64,000 bases of DNA from an uncultured Candidatus Saccharibacteria bacterium (GCA_964639295.1 CAZXDT010000001.1:117068-181067), one strand, 5' to 3'; shown: positions 44,269-55,066, counted from the stretch's first letter. Made by a program: numbers and translations. Notes: generated by a model not told the origin, from the letters alone.

Positions 44269-45147
44269 ATGGCAGGCGCATCTGGTGAACTATTCGACCG
44301 AAGCGCAGAAGTGATCGGTCAACGCATTGCTCTCGAACTCGAGCGCTTTCACGGACAGGAGGTCACTCATCCTCTCATTGAAACGATCCAAGAAAGAGTA
44401 GCAACAAGTATAGGCGGCCTTCTTGGACTTCGTGATGCAGCAGATATGCTAGGAGTCAGCAGGCAACGCGCTCTACAACTTCTTGATACGGAAGACCATA
44501 CAATTCATGGACGGAGAACACCTCCACCAAGCCCTATAGCGAGATTGCGTGCAACGCCAGTATGGCTAACGGCAGATATTGCTGATTTTGGCTCAAGACG
44601 AAAGACGGCAATAGATCGAGAGCCAGTTGTACTCATCGCACCAAAAGCTCCTATTAATACTACTCATGAAACAGATGCAGTTCGAACACATAGATTCTCA
44701 GACATAACTAGGCGAGATGACGTATTACTTCGAGAACATTTCGAGGATCTAGCACTTGGCTCATCAATACCTGCCAGAAACTTTATTGGTGCATTCCATA
44801 AAATAGTCGACGGCAATAAAGCAGACTCTTACGATCGTCTTTTTGAATTCAGGCATGAGCCAGGCGTTACCAAGTATAAATATCAATGCCGCGAACCCAA
44901 GCCTCAGTTTGGTGCGATCGTTGTAAAGCGTGCCGAACATGGCATTCCACCTTACGGTCCTTATAATATACGTGGAACGAGAATTGCCGACACAGAAGCA
45001 AAAATAATAGCAGAATACGCCATAAAGGCCGGTAGTGTTTTAGACGGACTACACACATTTAAATACGAAAACTTTTCTAAAGCAGGCAAAATACTACAGG
45101 CTTTACAAACGCTAGTGCTTGCACTTAGCGTTCAAATCAAAGATTAA
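44269..45147 (+). CDS. hypothetical protein with a putative HTH
   Basis: 292 aa. AADMLGVSRQRALQLLD looks like an HTH. Nothing else recognised. Confidence 0.45.
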   Translation: MAGASGELFDRSAEVIGQRIALELERFHGQEVTHPLIETIQERVATSIGGLLGLRDAADMLGVSRQRALQLLDTEDHTIHGRRTPPPSPIARLRATPVWLTADIADFGSRRKTAIDREPVVLIAPKAPINTTHETDAVRTHRFSDITRRDDVLLREHFEDLALGSSIPARNFIGAFHKIVDGNKADSYDRLFEFRHEPGVTKYKYQCREPKPQFGAIVVKRAEHGIPPYGPYNIRGTRIADTEAKIIAEYAIKAGSVLDGLHTFKYENFSKAGKILQALQTLVLALSVQIKD

Positions 45148-45847
45148 CTGAACGTTTTGCGAACATTGTTTTTATTCGTGCGTAGTAGGGTTTATGTGCA
45201 GGTTGGTACGTATTATCACAAAAGTGTGTGGTGGTAGGGCCGGGTACGAATTATTAAAAATTAAACGTGTGTGGTGGGCGAAACCAGATTTTAAAAGTCA
45301 GAAACCATGCAGCAGTGCACCAAATCCGAACATATACACAACGTCGCACAATGTATATTTTGCGACTCTTAATAGTAGTTTATAGATGATAACTAGTCCA
45401 CCCCTTGTAGGGGACTATTTCACTAATACAGCGTTACTTTACATAACCGTTGCCCGCGTGCAGTAACTACACTGCGCATCTAGCCATAACTATACATATG
45501 TACTGAAAGTCCCCCGAACAGTATCGTGGGACATGTCATGCGTTGTAAATTCCTACATGTGTGTAAGTTATCCACAGCAGGCCCGTGAAAAGTTTTGCTT
45601 TTTTGACTTTTCATGACTTTATTATACTTTTCCCCTCCTCACCCTGTTATTCACTATATTTTTTGACAATCCCCTACTTTTGTATGATTGTATAGTTTTT
45701 TGATATATACCCATATATAAAAGTATGAACATTTTACGAACAGGCAGAGCAGTAGAATAGGGGGAACAACTTCTGATCAGTCGTTGTTAAAAGACACACA
45801 GCCCAAGCCTGGGCTGTTTTACTATCCATAATTAGCGTAGTCATGTT

Positions 45848-46744
45848 CTACTTGTAGTAAGCGCGTTCCTCTACCCTGACGTCTATATATTCTTTTGGTA
45901 CTTCCCTGTTTCCTTCAAGGCGTTTCTTTACAGCCAGGAAGGTGCCAGTCTGTAAACGTGCATCACCCAAGGTGTTGTATCGGATTGCGTATGGTTGACC
46001 TACAATACGTACTTGTAGCTCATTCACTTCCAGGGGTAGCGTAACTGACTGAACAGGGGTGTTAGTAGCCTGTAACTGCTTGATAACGCTACTTATGAAC
46101 GTGACAGTATCTGTTGGTAAAATCTGCTTGCCAACGGTAATAGGCAGGTTTGTTTCATCAGTCACTGTTAGTATGTTTGGCAATGGGTTCTCGACTTCGC
46201 TCACTTTTACCAGAGGCATGCCGTCGGCGCTGACATAATAAGCACCACTTGTACTTGCCAGGATAAATGCAGGGCTAGAAACAGCAATATGTACAACCGG
46301 GCGATGGCCGACAAGTGGTATGGTCACAATTGCATTCGCTACTTCCGGGAACTGCTTTTGTAGCCCAACTACCATGGATTCACTGTTAAACGTCAGTTTC
46401 GATCGATTAGTGAACGATCCGGCTAACTGTTGGTCAATATATGCTTCGTAGACCTTAGTGGGGCGCTGCAGGGGCTTTCCGGTACTACTGGCAGATATCA
46501 TAACCCTAGGCTTGTTATCGAGGAGTGACGCATAGAACAGACAGCCAACAATGACAATAATTGCTATCGTGGTTGGCAGATGCTTGAGACGCTCGAAGCC
46601 CTGTCTTTGCCCTGCAGGGGGTTCGTAGCGACCACGTGCAGTCTCGCCGCCAGAACGACTGGAATGGTACGAGAACACAGGGGAGCTTGCCCTATCGAGG
46701 GGGCGCACGTTTCTAGGTTGGTTTTTGATTTTCTTATTAAACAT
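45848..46744 (-). CDS. ftsQ: FtsQ/DivIB-like cell division protein
   Basis: Single TM helix plus an extracytoplasmic domain. Positioned at the end of the dcw cluster directly after murG. Confidence 0.55.
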   Translation of the reverse strand: MFNKKIKNQPRNVRPLDRASSPVFSYHSSRSGGETARGRYEPPAGQRQGFERLKHLPTTIAIIVIVGCLFYASLLDNKPRVMISASSTGKPLQRPTKVYEAYIDQQLAGSFTNRSKLTFNSESMVVGLQKQFPEVANAIVTIPLVGHRPVVHIAVSSPAFILASTSGAYYVSADGMPLVKVSEVENPLPNILTVTDETNLPITVGKQILPTDTVTFISSVIKQLQATNTPVQSVTLPLEVNELQVRIVGQPYAIRYNTLGDARLQTGTFLAVKKRLEGNREVPKEYIDVRVEERAYYK

Positions 46745-46745
46745 A

Positions 46746-47960
46746 TTAGGTCTGACTTAGGATAATTCCAGCTAGTTTCTGTGCGGCGTCGGTTAGGGTA
46801 ATTTCGTGGAGCTTTGTGGCAAGTTGTTCTCGTTTTTCTGGACTAGTAAGTAAGCTGCGGATTGCGGTATCTAGGGCAACTGCGTCAGTTGCATCGGCAG
46901 TTTCCGGAACAACCAGTGCAGCTTCAGCACTAGATAATGCCTGAGCATTCTTTAGCTGATGACCACCTGTCAGAAGGGGGTTTGGCACGACAATAACTGC
47001 CTTCCCCTGCACCCCTAACTCAGAAACTGTGTTGCCACTTGCTCGTGCCACGACAACATCTGCCGCCCCCGTATAAACATACATTGGACGCATAAATTCT
47101 ACGACTTTGAGCCTATCGTTTTGATACTCCCCATAAATCTTTGCCTTGCCCCTCCCTGTCTGATGCACAATCACCAGTTCCGGGAAGTCTGTTAGCAATT
47201 TGTCAGCTATCAACACAACAGCTCTATTCACATTTGTTGCACCACTACTACCACCAGTGATCAGCACAACTGGTGAGCTTCCTGATATATCTAAGCCTTG
47301 TTTCATATCTGCCTGTATTTCAGGGGTTACAAACTGGAAATGTGGCTCAACTAAAACGCCAACTTGGACTGTCTCGTCGATAGGATAGGCATATGTTTCT
47401 GGAGGCAATGCTACAGCATGGAGTACTGCCCAGCGACCAACAAGTCGATTAGCTAAACCAGGAAGCGCATCGGAGTCGTGTGTGACAAAAGGCTTACGCA
47501 GTAAATGTGCAGCAATACCTACGGGGACACCCACAAATCCACCTTTTAGAAAAACCACTTCAGGCCGGATTTTCCTCAGTAAAAACCAACTCTGTACTGT
47601 CCCAAATAAGAAGTAAAACAGATCACGGAAGTTCAAAAGGTTGGTTTTGACCGCAAATAATCGTTTAATCCAGGATTCACCATGGTAGCGCCTAAATTTA
47701 CCAGCCCAAATAGTATGCGTCTCGTCAATTGCCTCGTGTGTAGCTGTCAGCTCCTGGAATTTGCCACCCCGTTCACCAATGTAGACAGTACGTACGGTTG
47801 GGTCCTGTTTCTTAAGCTCGTGAGCCACGGCCAAAATAGGCGTTATGTGACCACCAGTCCCACCGCCGGTTAACACTATGGTTTTAGCGTCTTGTGTAAG
47901 ATTGGCCAAGGGAATATCTCCTGTTAGGTTGCGTGGGAATACGAGTTTCTGCTCCGTCAT
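46746..47960 (-). CDS. murG: UDP-N-acetylglucosamine--N-acetylmuramyl-(pentapeptide) pyrophosphoryl-undecaprenol N-acetylglucosamine transferase
   Basis: LTGGGTGGHITPILAV. An alternative TTG start at 47909, preceded by AGGAG, would shorten the overlap with ftsW. Confidence 0.9.
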   Translation of the reverse strand: MTEQKLVFPRNLTGDIPLANLTQDAKTIVLTGGGTGGHITPILAVAHELKKQDPTVRTVYIGERGGKFQELTATHEAIDETHTIWAGKFRRYHGESWIKRLFAVKTNLLNFRDLFYFLFGTVQSWFLLRKIRPEVVFLKGGFVGVPVGIAAHLLRKPFVTHDSDALPGLANRLVGRWAVLHAVALPPETYAYPIDETVQVGVLVEPHFQFVTPEIQADMKQGLDISGSSPVVLITGGSSGATNVNRAVVLIADKLLTDFPELVIVHQTGRGKAKIYGEYQNDRLKVVEFMRPMYVYTGAADVVVARASGNTVSELGVQGKAVIVVPNPLLTGGHQLKNAQALSSAEAALVVPETADATDAVALDTAIRSLLTSPEKREQLATKLHEITLTDAAQKLAGIILSQT

Positions 47961-49113
47961 TAATACCGTAGGTTGTATATCGTGAAATATTAAACACCAG
48001 TCCGATCGCTGCAGTCACAAAGATGATACTCGTACCACCATAACTGATAAGCGGTAGAGTGATTCCTTTTAGTGGCAGTAGCCCAATCATGGCCCCAATA
48101 TTAATAATTGCCTGTGTACTGAGCCACGCCAATATACCAATAACAACCAGCCGGGAAAAATCATCCGGGGCCCGTTCAATGATGTTCTTGAGCCTTGTAA
48201 AGAACGCCCAGAATACACATAACAACGCTGTCACCCCTACAAATCCAAACTTTTCTGCCAAGATTGAGAAGATTGAGTCATTAGCAGCCTCTGGAACGTA
48301 TCCGTAAGCCTGCGCACCGTGTCCAAGCCCTTTACCAAACAAACCACCAGAACCAACCGCAATCAATGCCTGACATGCCTGATAACCTGCCGTCTGACAA
48401 TCACGTTCCGGATGCATAAATGTTAGTAACCGGTCACGCCTATAGCTACTCGATCCAATTGCTAGTAACAATACCAGTGCCACTCCACCAAGCCCAACAG
48501 CTATATATTTAGCCGGGAGACCTGCTACAAACCACATTGCACCAACCATAGCGATAATAACACCCGTAGATCCAAGGTCACTCTGTAACCCTGCGATCAT
48601 AACTGCAAGAATACCAAATGCAATCGCAATGGGCTTTATCGCCTTATCCACATGAGACACTTCTTGTCGCTTTATTCTCTCTGTTAAGAACGCCGCAAAT
48701 ACGAAGATTACCGCAAACTTTACGAGCTCCACGGACTGAAATGACAAACTGCCAAGTCGTATCCAACGATGAGCCGGATACTGCTCACTGACAGGCATAG
48801 CAAGCGCCAACAGCGTCGCCCCAATTGCCGCAACTATGAGTGGCTTCTGAAGCTTACGCCAGAGGTCATAAGGTATGGTGGCCATAATGCCAAAAGTAAC
48901 AAGCCCAAGACTAATCGCGATGAGTTGCTTCACCACATAGTAGTTCTCACTGACGTGGCGCTGTACGGCTAAACCAGGGCTAATAGAGTAAATGACGACT
49001 AAGCCGATAACGAGCAATACTGCGCTCAGTACAAGCAACATATAGTCAGGCTTATGACGGCGCTGCGTTACCCCACGCTGCATCACCGCTGGTCGGCGGC
49101 GAACAGAACTCAT
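47884..49113 (-). CDS. ftsW: SEDS-family peptidoglycan glycosyltransferase FtsW/RodA
   Basis: 10-TM SEDS pattern with ...GITLPLISYGGTS. Confidence 0.85.
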   Translation of the reverse strand: MSSVRRRPAVMQRGVTQRRHKPDYMLLVLSAVLLVIGLVVIYSISPGLAVQRHVSENYYVVKQLIAISLGLVTFGIMATIPYDLWRKLQKPLIVAAIGATLLALAMPVSEQYPAHRWIRLGSLSFQSVELVKFAVIFVFAAFLTERIKRQEVSHVDKAIKPIAIAFGILAVMIAGLQSDLGSTGVIIAMVGAMWFVAGLPAKYIAVGLGGVALVLLLAIGSSSYRRDRLLTFMHPERDCQTAGYQACQALIAVGSGGLFGKGLGHGAQAYGYVPEAANDSIFSILAEKFGFVGVTALLCVFWAFFTRLKNIIERAPDDFSRLVVIGILAWLSTQAIINIGAMIGLLPLKGITLPLISYGGTSIIFVTAAIGLVFNISRYTTYGINDGAETRIPTQPNRRYSLGQSYTRR

Positions 49114-50157
49114 CTAGCGGCTCCCCAGGAGGAACAGAATAAGTCCGAGTACTCCTGTAACCTGCCCAATAACCCAAAATCGCATGGTGACCTTGGTCTC
49201 TTCCCAACCTGATGCTTCGAAATGATGATGAATCGGTGCGATTTTGAAGATTTTTTTACCATTACGTAACTTCTTGGACAAAATCTGAATCATTGATGAG
49301 CCAGCCTCCACAACAAACAGCAAACCAATAACTGGCAATATAAACACCGTATCGGTCAGCATAGCAACCACGCCCAACGCCGTACCAAGTGCAAACGATC
49401 CAACATCGCCCATGAAGAAACGAGCTGGGTGGATATTAAACCAGGTGTAGCTCAGTAATCCGCCGACAATGGTCATACAGAACGCTGCGACACCAAATCG
49501 CTCCTGTAATAATGCAATCACCGCGTAAGATGCAAAAGCGCTTGTAGCCAAGCCGCCCGCCAAACCGTCCAAACCATCAGAAATGTTTACTGCGTTGGCA
49601 GTCGATACAACGACAAGCACGAACAATGGAATAACCAACCAACCAATAGAGAGCGGGTTATGAACAAAAGGAATCGAGATACTCGTAACATCAAGCTTAT
49701 AGAAGAACCATAAGCCACCAACCAACGCAATAATCGTGGTTAACAGTAGTTTTAGCTTTGATGGGAGTCCTGCGACCCCTTTACCACTGCCCCGGATATT
49801 AATGAGATCGTCCAGTAAGCCAACTGCCCCTGCCCCTGCGAACGCTGCCAATGGTAGCCAAGTTTCTGTACGTTCTAAGTTAAAAAGCAGTGTCACAATC
49901 GCTGTTGCAGCTACAAAAATAATACCCGCCATGGTTGGTATGTGACGTTTATGCTTGGCTGCATGTAACTTGTTAAATACAGTTGCTGCTTCGCCAGTAG
50001 TTGTTGTTTCCCTGGGTTTCTTCCACCACTGATATTTGTAGGCCATCGTGGTGTATATAGGAGTTATGAGGGTGCTCAGGGCAAAACCTAAAAAGCCGAG
50101 TAACAGCACGCGCACGAGCGTGTCGGTCTGTACTGCAATATTGATAACATCTGACAT
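49114..50157 (-). CDS. mraY: phospho-N-acetylmuramoyl-pentapeptide transferase
   Basis: NAVNISDGLDGLA, HHHFE. Confidence 0.93.
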   Translation of the reverse strand: MSDVINIAVQTDTLVRVLLLGFLGFALSTLITPIYTTMAYKYQWWKKPRETTTTGEAATVFNKLHAAKHKRHIPTMAGIIFVAATAIVTLLFNLERTETWLPLAAFAGAGAVGLLDDLINIRGSGKGVAGLPSKLKLLLTTIIALVGGLWFFYKLDVTSISIPFVHNPLSIGWLVIPLFVLVVVSTANAVNISDGLDGLAGGLATSAFASYAVIALLQERFGVAAFCMTIVGGLLSYTWFNIHPARFFMGDVGSFALGTALGVVAMLTDTVFILPVIGLLFVVEAGSSMIQILSKKLRNGKKIFKIAPIHHHFEASGWEETKVTMRFWVIGQVTGVLGLILFLLGSR

Positions 50158-50217
50158 ATATTTATATTCGCTTTCTTAGGTATGAGTATACCGCTAAAGT
50201 ACTATTTTTAACAGATG

Positions 50218-51987
50218 TCATGACTTCGGTGTCACCCCGTAACTATCGATTAACATATTGGCTAGTTTTACAAATACCGGCGCCGCAGCCTTGGATCCGG
50301 CATAGCCTGCAATCTTTGGCTTGTTGATACGCACAACAATCACATATTGTGGCTTATCGCCACCAACAAAGCCCAAATACATACCGTTAAACTGATCATC
50401 ATAATAGCCACCTGTTGGCTTACTAATCTGGGCTGTACCAGTTTTACCACCAATTGCGTATTCAGGACGTGTTTGGCGCATGCCATATACCACACGGTTG
50501 TACTCGTACGTTGTTTCAAGCATACCGACCAACTGACTACTCACGCCCGGCATCACGACATCTTTCTTGACTACCTGGGGCTCTTGTTTAACTTTTTTAC
50601 CAGAAGAATCTGTCTTATATTCGATAAGCGTTGGCTTGTAGTAGGTGCCGCCGTTAACAATTGATGCGAATGCCGCACCCATCTGTACTGGAGTTGCCGT
50701 CATACCCTGGCCGAAAGCACTGTTGGCGTAGGTAATATTAAGCCCGTAGCCATTGATTGGGTCCGGAATAATACCATCCGCCTCATACCCCTGCTCTATG
50801 CCAGTTGGTTTACCAAGCAAGTAGTGATTGAGCATATAGTCATTCCAAGTAGTTCTTGCCTGAGCGTTGATCTCTCCCCCGCCCATCTGCATAAGTAACC
50901 AAGTAGCACCTGTATTGAGGGAGTATTTGAGGATATCTGTCACTGAACGACGAGCAGCGCCGCCATCTTCCTCGATATTAGTTACAGTTGCATCACCAAT
51001 TTTGTAGTATCCGGGATCGTTATAGGCCGTATTTGGGTTTACAACACCTTTATCCATAGCAGCAGCAGCCGTAAACGGCTTCATCACGGATCCAACTTCT
51101 AAGGGAGAAGAAACTGCCCCGTTATTGAAGACATCTGGGTTGGAAACCTTGTAATACTCTGCAGGATTATATGTTGGATATCCTGCCATTGCACGTACGG
51201 CTCCACTACTGGCATCCATAATAATTGCACTGCCAGATTCTGCTTTAGCATCTTCAACACCCTGCTTTATGATGTCCTCAAGTTGCTGTTGTAGGCCAAT
51301 ATCAATCGTCAGGGTCAGTTTTTGCCCACTACGAGGTGCAATGTTCACATTATCCTTGTTTGCGGCCAGAGGAACGCCTGCGGCATCAGTAATCGCCTTC
51401 AACTGGCCCGGCGTACCACCAAGCTCCTTATTGAGCGCCTGTTCAAGTCCGTACTTACCTTCACCATCGTCATTCACAAAGCCCAAAATCTGCGCTGCCA
51501 ATTGGCCATCAGGATAGGTTCGGTATTGTGCCTCGCGCGTACCAATCCCTTTTAATTTTAGCTTTGTAATCTTGTCATTTTGATCACGATTGAGTCGCTT
51601 GGATAAAATCGTGTATCGTGGCGAGTCAGGTTTTTCAATCTTCTTCTTATAATCGTCTTTATTGCCACCGATCGCTTGCTGAATGGAATTTGCTGCCGCA
51701 TCCACGTCTTTAACGTACTTAGGATCGGCAAACAATGTATATAAAGTCTCGTTCAATACCAAAGGAATCGTACTGTCGCCACTTTTGGCTTCAATTACGC
51801 CACGGGCTGCAGGTATTTCGTATTGTTTAAGCTGACTAAATGTAGCTGATTTTTGGTAATAATCATGTCGGATGACCTGTAAATAAAATAAACGGATCGT
51901 AAACAACCCGCCTAATAGCAAAAGCAACGCATACCATATTCGAATGCGTTGTATTGGTCCAAATAATGATCGTGTCTCGGGTCGCAT
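50218..51987 (-). CDS. ftsI: class B penicillin-binding protein (FtsI/PBP2-type transpeptidase)
   Basis: N-terminal TM helix and dimerisation domain. SVMK (SxxK), SLN (SxN), KTGTA. Confidence 0.88.
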   Translation of the reverse strand: MRPETRSLFGPIQRIRIWYALLLLLGGLFTIRLFYLQVIRHDYYQKSATFSQLKQYEIPAARGVIEAKSGDSTIPLVLNETLYTLFADPKYVKDVDAAANSIQQAIGGNKDDYKKKIEKPDSPRYTILSKRLNRDQNDKITKLKLKGIGTREAQYRTYPDGQLAAQILGFVNDDGEGKYGLEQALNKELGGTPGQLKAITDAAGVPLAANKDNVNIAPRSGQKLTLTIDIGLQQQLEDIIKQGVEDAKAESGSAIIMDASSGAVRAMAGYPTYNPAEYYKVSNPDVFNNGAVSSPLEVGSVMKPFTAAAAMDKGVVNPNTAYNDPGYYKIGDATVTNIEEDGGAARRSVTDILKYSLNTGATWLLMQMGGGEINAQARTTWNDYMLNHYLLGKPTGIEQGYEADGIIPDPINGYGLNITYANSAFGQGMTATPVQMGAAFASIVNGGTYYKPTLIEYKTDSSGKKVKQEPQVVKKDVVMPGVSSQLVGMLETTYEYNRVVYGMRQTRPEYAIGGKTGTAQISKPTGGYYDDQFNGMYLGFVGGDKPQYVIVVRINKPKIAGYAGSKAAAPVFVKLANMLIDSYGVTPKS

Positions 51988-52042
51988 AAGCGTTACTTAA
52001 AGTATACCTGACTGCCCATTTGAAAAACAGTCAAGCCTAGGG

Positions 52043-52390
52043 TTAGTTTTGAATCGTACCACTTGGGGCGACAGATACCATATTCTTAGCAACATCGCTG
52101 TTTTTGACACGATCCAATGCCTGTAAACGGGCTGCTGATACTTGTAAATCAGCATTCTCGTCTTTGAGCTTGGTCGACTGCTGCTGTAGGTCGTTAATCT
52201 TGTAGCCATACGCATTTGTCTTCGTGACCTGCGTCAGATACAAGAGACCGAGCAAGCATGCCAAAATAATCAGCATAATAGTATTGCTGATTGGGCCAAG
52301 TGTTCGATCATTCGATCGGAACCGTGTGGTGTTTTGGTTTCTGCCAAAACCTTGCTGGCGTCGCATCGCCAGTGAGCTTGAATAAGTCAT
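52043..52390 (-). CDS. FtsL/septum-formation-initiator-like protein
   Basis: 115 aa with a single TM helix then a coiled-coil. Positioned between rsmH and the PBP gene. Confidence 0.5.
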   Translation of the reverse strand: MTYSSSLAMRRQQGFGRNQNTTRFRSNDRTLGPISNTIMLIILACLLGLLYLTQVTKTNAYGYKINDLQQQSTKLKDENADLQVSAARLQALDRVKNSDVAKNMVSVAPSGTIQN

Positions 52391-52559
52391 ATTTATTTTT
52401 GTTTATTTTTTGTATTAGGGTTGTTTGCCTAAATCCGCACCGGGGGCTGTCACCCCCGATACGGCGAGCGCAAATGTTATTGTTCGATACGAACAGTAAC
52501 CTTATACGCACGGGAGAGGTTTTTGACCTGTATAGGCATATCTCTACCCTTTCTTGTTT

Positions 52560-53438
52560 TTATTTTTTAACTGCGGCTCGGAGCTTAGCGCTCCTTGCGC
52601 GCGGATTAAAAACTATTTCGTCTGCCCCGCCCGAAACCGGTTGCTTAACAAGCAAACGTAGGACGGCGTCGTAGCGATTACCAGAATGTTCTGCAAAAAA
52701 CTGCTTCACTATTCTATCTTCCAAACTATGGAAGCTGATAACCGCTATTCGCCCTCCCGGAGCCAGCAAATCTATCCATATCGGCAAACTTTCCTCTAGA
52801 AGATCTAGTTCATTGTTAACCGCAATACGAATAGCTTGGAACGTCCTCGTAGCTGGATGGACTTTACTGTACCCCGGCCAAGCTTGGGCGACGATCCTTG
52901 CAAGTTCATGTGTTGTGGCAATGGGCCGATGTTCCTCTATCAAACGAGCTATTTTATTCGCCCGCGGCTCTTCGCCGTACACACGGATAATTCGGGCTAA
53001 TTCTGTGCCGTCATAGCTATTAACTATGTCCGCAGCAGTCAGAGCTTGCGTTTCGTCCATGCGCATATCTAGTGGTCCATCTGCTTTAATGCTGAACCCA
53101 CGACTTGCGTTATCAAGGTGCGGTGACGACACGCCTAAATCTGCCAAAATAATATCGAACTGCTTGTTCTGCTCTTTCAGTTCGCGACTTGCGCTCAAAA
53201 AATCTTTTTGGATAATCTGAACGCCACGATCGCCAAACTTCGATTGCAGATGTGCAATTGCGTTTTGATCGCGATCGACAAGAGTTGTGTTGTGAGGCTT
53301 CAAGGTGCGATCCAGCACTTCTCCAGCGTGTCCACCGTATCCGGCCGTCAGGTCAAGGTAGGAATCCCCTTCCTTCGGATCGAGATATTGCAGTACTTCT
53401 GTCAAAAGTACAGGATAATGTTTTGTAAAATCATTCAT
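52560..53438 (-). CDS. rsmH: 16S rRNA (cytosine1402-N4)-methyltransferase
   Basis: HYPVLLTEVL, DLTAGYGGHA, DLGVSSPHLD, ISFHSLEDR. Confidence 0.92.
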   Translation of the reverse strand: MNDFTKHYPVLLTEVLQYLDPKEGDSYLDLTAGYGGHAGEVLDRTLKPHNTTLVDRDQNAIAHLQSKFGDRGVQIIQKDFLSASRELKEQNKQFDIILADLGVSSPHLDNASRGFSIKADGPLDMRMDETQALTAADIVNSYDGTELARIIRVYGEEPRANKIARLIEEHRPIATTHELARIVAQAWPGYSKVHPATRTFQAIRIAVNNELDLLEESLPIWIDLLAPGGRIAVISFHSLEDRIVKQFFAEHSGNRYDAVLRLLVKQPVSGGADEIVFNPRARSAKLRAAVKK

Positions 53439-53877
53439 TGCTGATGATAGTATACGTTTTTTATTTTGGTTTTTTTAGGTTTTCTCTCCGTCTTCCCTGT
53501 CAGGAAGCCGAAGGTTTGTGTTTATTTTTGACTTTTTATCAAAGTCACCTATTCAGCAGTCAACTTTTTTGTTTTTTGGGTTGTTTTTGTTTTTGTTTGT
53601 TTACTTTCGTAAACGGTGTTCTTAACAGTATGTAAGAGCAGCCTAGGAACTGTCGTTCTAAGGGTTACCTTCACTGGCTAAGAACTAAGTGTTGAGAGAC
53701 TTATGTGTGAGGTGGAGTTTTGGGAGGTGTTTTGAGGTAAGGTGCTAAGGTTTTTTATATGGTTACCTTCAGCCCATATGTTGACTGCCGAATAGCTAAC
53801 TTCGAACGCAAATAGCGCATTCATTTTGCTTCTTCGGACTTAAACGAGTTGTTAAGGTTCTACAAAAATACCAACAC

Positions 53878-54237
53878 TCATGCCGCTTGGATTCGCCAGT
53901 ACTTACCTGCACGCACCGCGATAACATCACGATCAATACCCGCATAGTCCAGCAAGTGCTGTTCTACTGTGACACGACCCTGTTTTTGGTCAAGTTCGTC
54001 ATCACTCTTCCCCATTCGGAACTGAACGTTTAGGTCGGCCGTAGTTTCGTCCAGGATATTACCCTGAAGCTGCGGTTCGACTTCGTTGTCCCAAATAGAT
54101 TTTGGATATAGGTGCAGGTACTGTTTGAAACCCCTGGTAAGCACTACTCCGCTTTCGAACTCCGCTCGAAGCTCGGCTGGTATGGTTAACCGCCGCTTGT
54201 CATCAAGCTTTCGTTCAAAGTAGTCTACCGTGGCCAT
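53878..54237 (-). CDS. mraZ: transcriptional regulator MraZ (short form)
   Basis: GTG start. KLDDKRRLTIPAELR and a second VDQKQGRVTV-type repeat. Heads the dcw cluster. Confidence 0.8.
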   Translation of the reverse strand: MATVDYFERKLDDKRRLTIPAELRAEFESGVVLTRGFKQYLHLYPKSIWDNEVEPQLQGNILDETTADLNVQFRMGKSDDELDQKQGRVTVEQHLLDYAGIDRDVIAVRAGKYWRIQAA

Positions 54238-54468
54238 TGGTACCCTTATTAAATTACAGTGGTTTTTTTGTTTTTTGTCGGGGGGGAGTCTGTTTTGGAC
54301 TACCCACGATTACCCACTGGAGTCATCATACAACCCACTCTTACCCACACGCAATAGTTTTATTTGCAAAATGCCTATACTTATCCACAGTTTTCTAAGG
54401 GGCGCTATATCTAGTTATAAATTAAAAAGACCGGCACTAGGCCGGTCTTCGGTAATGAATCGAATGAA

Positions 54469-55011
54469 TTACTGTATTGCAGTAGGTAAATCAGAACCCT
54501 GGTCTACGCCAGTGTGCCCTTGCTCAACTGGAGGTAATGGATCTTGGCGGTCTGGATTATTAATATCTTCAACACCATACTTTTCAACAGCTGCTGGATC
54601 TACCAATGCCTTTTCAACAACTACCTGGTCGTACCCACCCTGGAGACCTGGGTCAAGTTGAGCATCTGCTTGGGGCTTAATCTGTTGTGTAAGCTCCCAT
54701 TGGTTACCTGAATCTTTTTCAATCAAAGTAGCAAACCGTGATGCAGACATATCTTCTGGCGCCTGAAGCCGGACCACCTTATTGTGAGGGATTTGATCAC
54801 CATTTAAATACTCTTGCAGTGCATCTGGACGTTGCAAGTTATCTACAAGCTTTTCATGTGCCTGGTGGTTCTGAACTGCTTGAACAATATTTGGGCCTTC
54901 AGCAGCGCCGAGACCAACAACTACAAGTGCAGCAGCACCTAAAGCCTTACCTAAGGGTGTTACCCTGGTACCTGACTTACGATTTGGGTTGGTTCGGTTT
55001 GCTTCTGACAT
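54469..55011 (-). CDS. hypothetical membrane-anchored protein
   Basis: Basic N-terminus then a TM helix (ALGAAALVVVGLGAA). No motif recognised. Confidence 0.4.
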   Translation of the reverse strand: MSEANRTNPNRKSGTRVTPLGKALGAAALVVVGLGAAEGPNIVQAVQNHQAHEKLVDNLQRPDALQEYLNGDQIPHNKVVRLQAPEDMSASRFATLIEKDSGNQWELTQQIKPQADAQLDPGLQGGYDQVVVEKALVDPAAVEKYGVEDINNPDRQDPLPPVEQGHTGVDQGSDLPTAIQ

Positions 55012-55066
55012 AATAGCTATATACTAGCATAGCGTAAGCTTTTTGTCAAGGTTATGGTTTGGTAGG

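Noticed and set aside
45568-45576. Perfect DnaA box TTATCCACA inside the 700-bp non-coding gap, suggesting oriC.
   Set aside because: It is a single box. A 9-mer is expected by chance about once in this much sequence. There is no cluster of boxes, no dnaA/dnaN nearby and no obvious AT-rich unwinding element tied to it.
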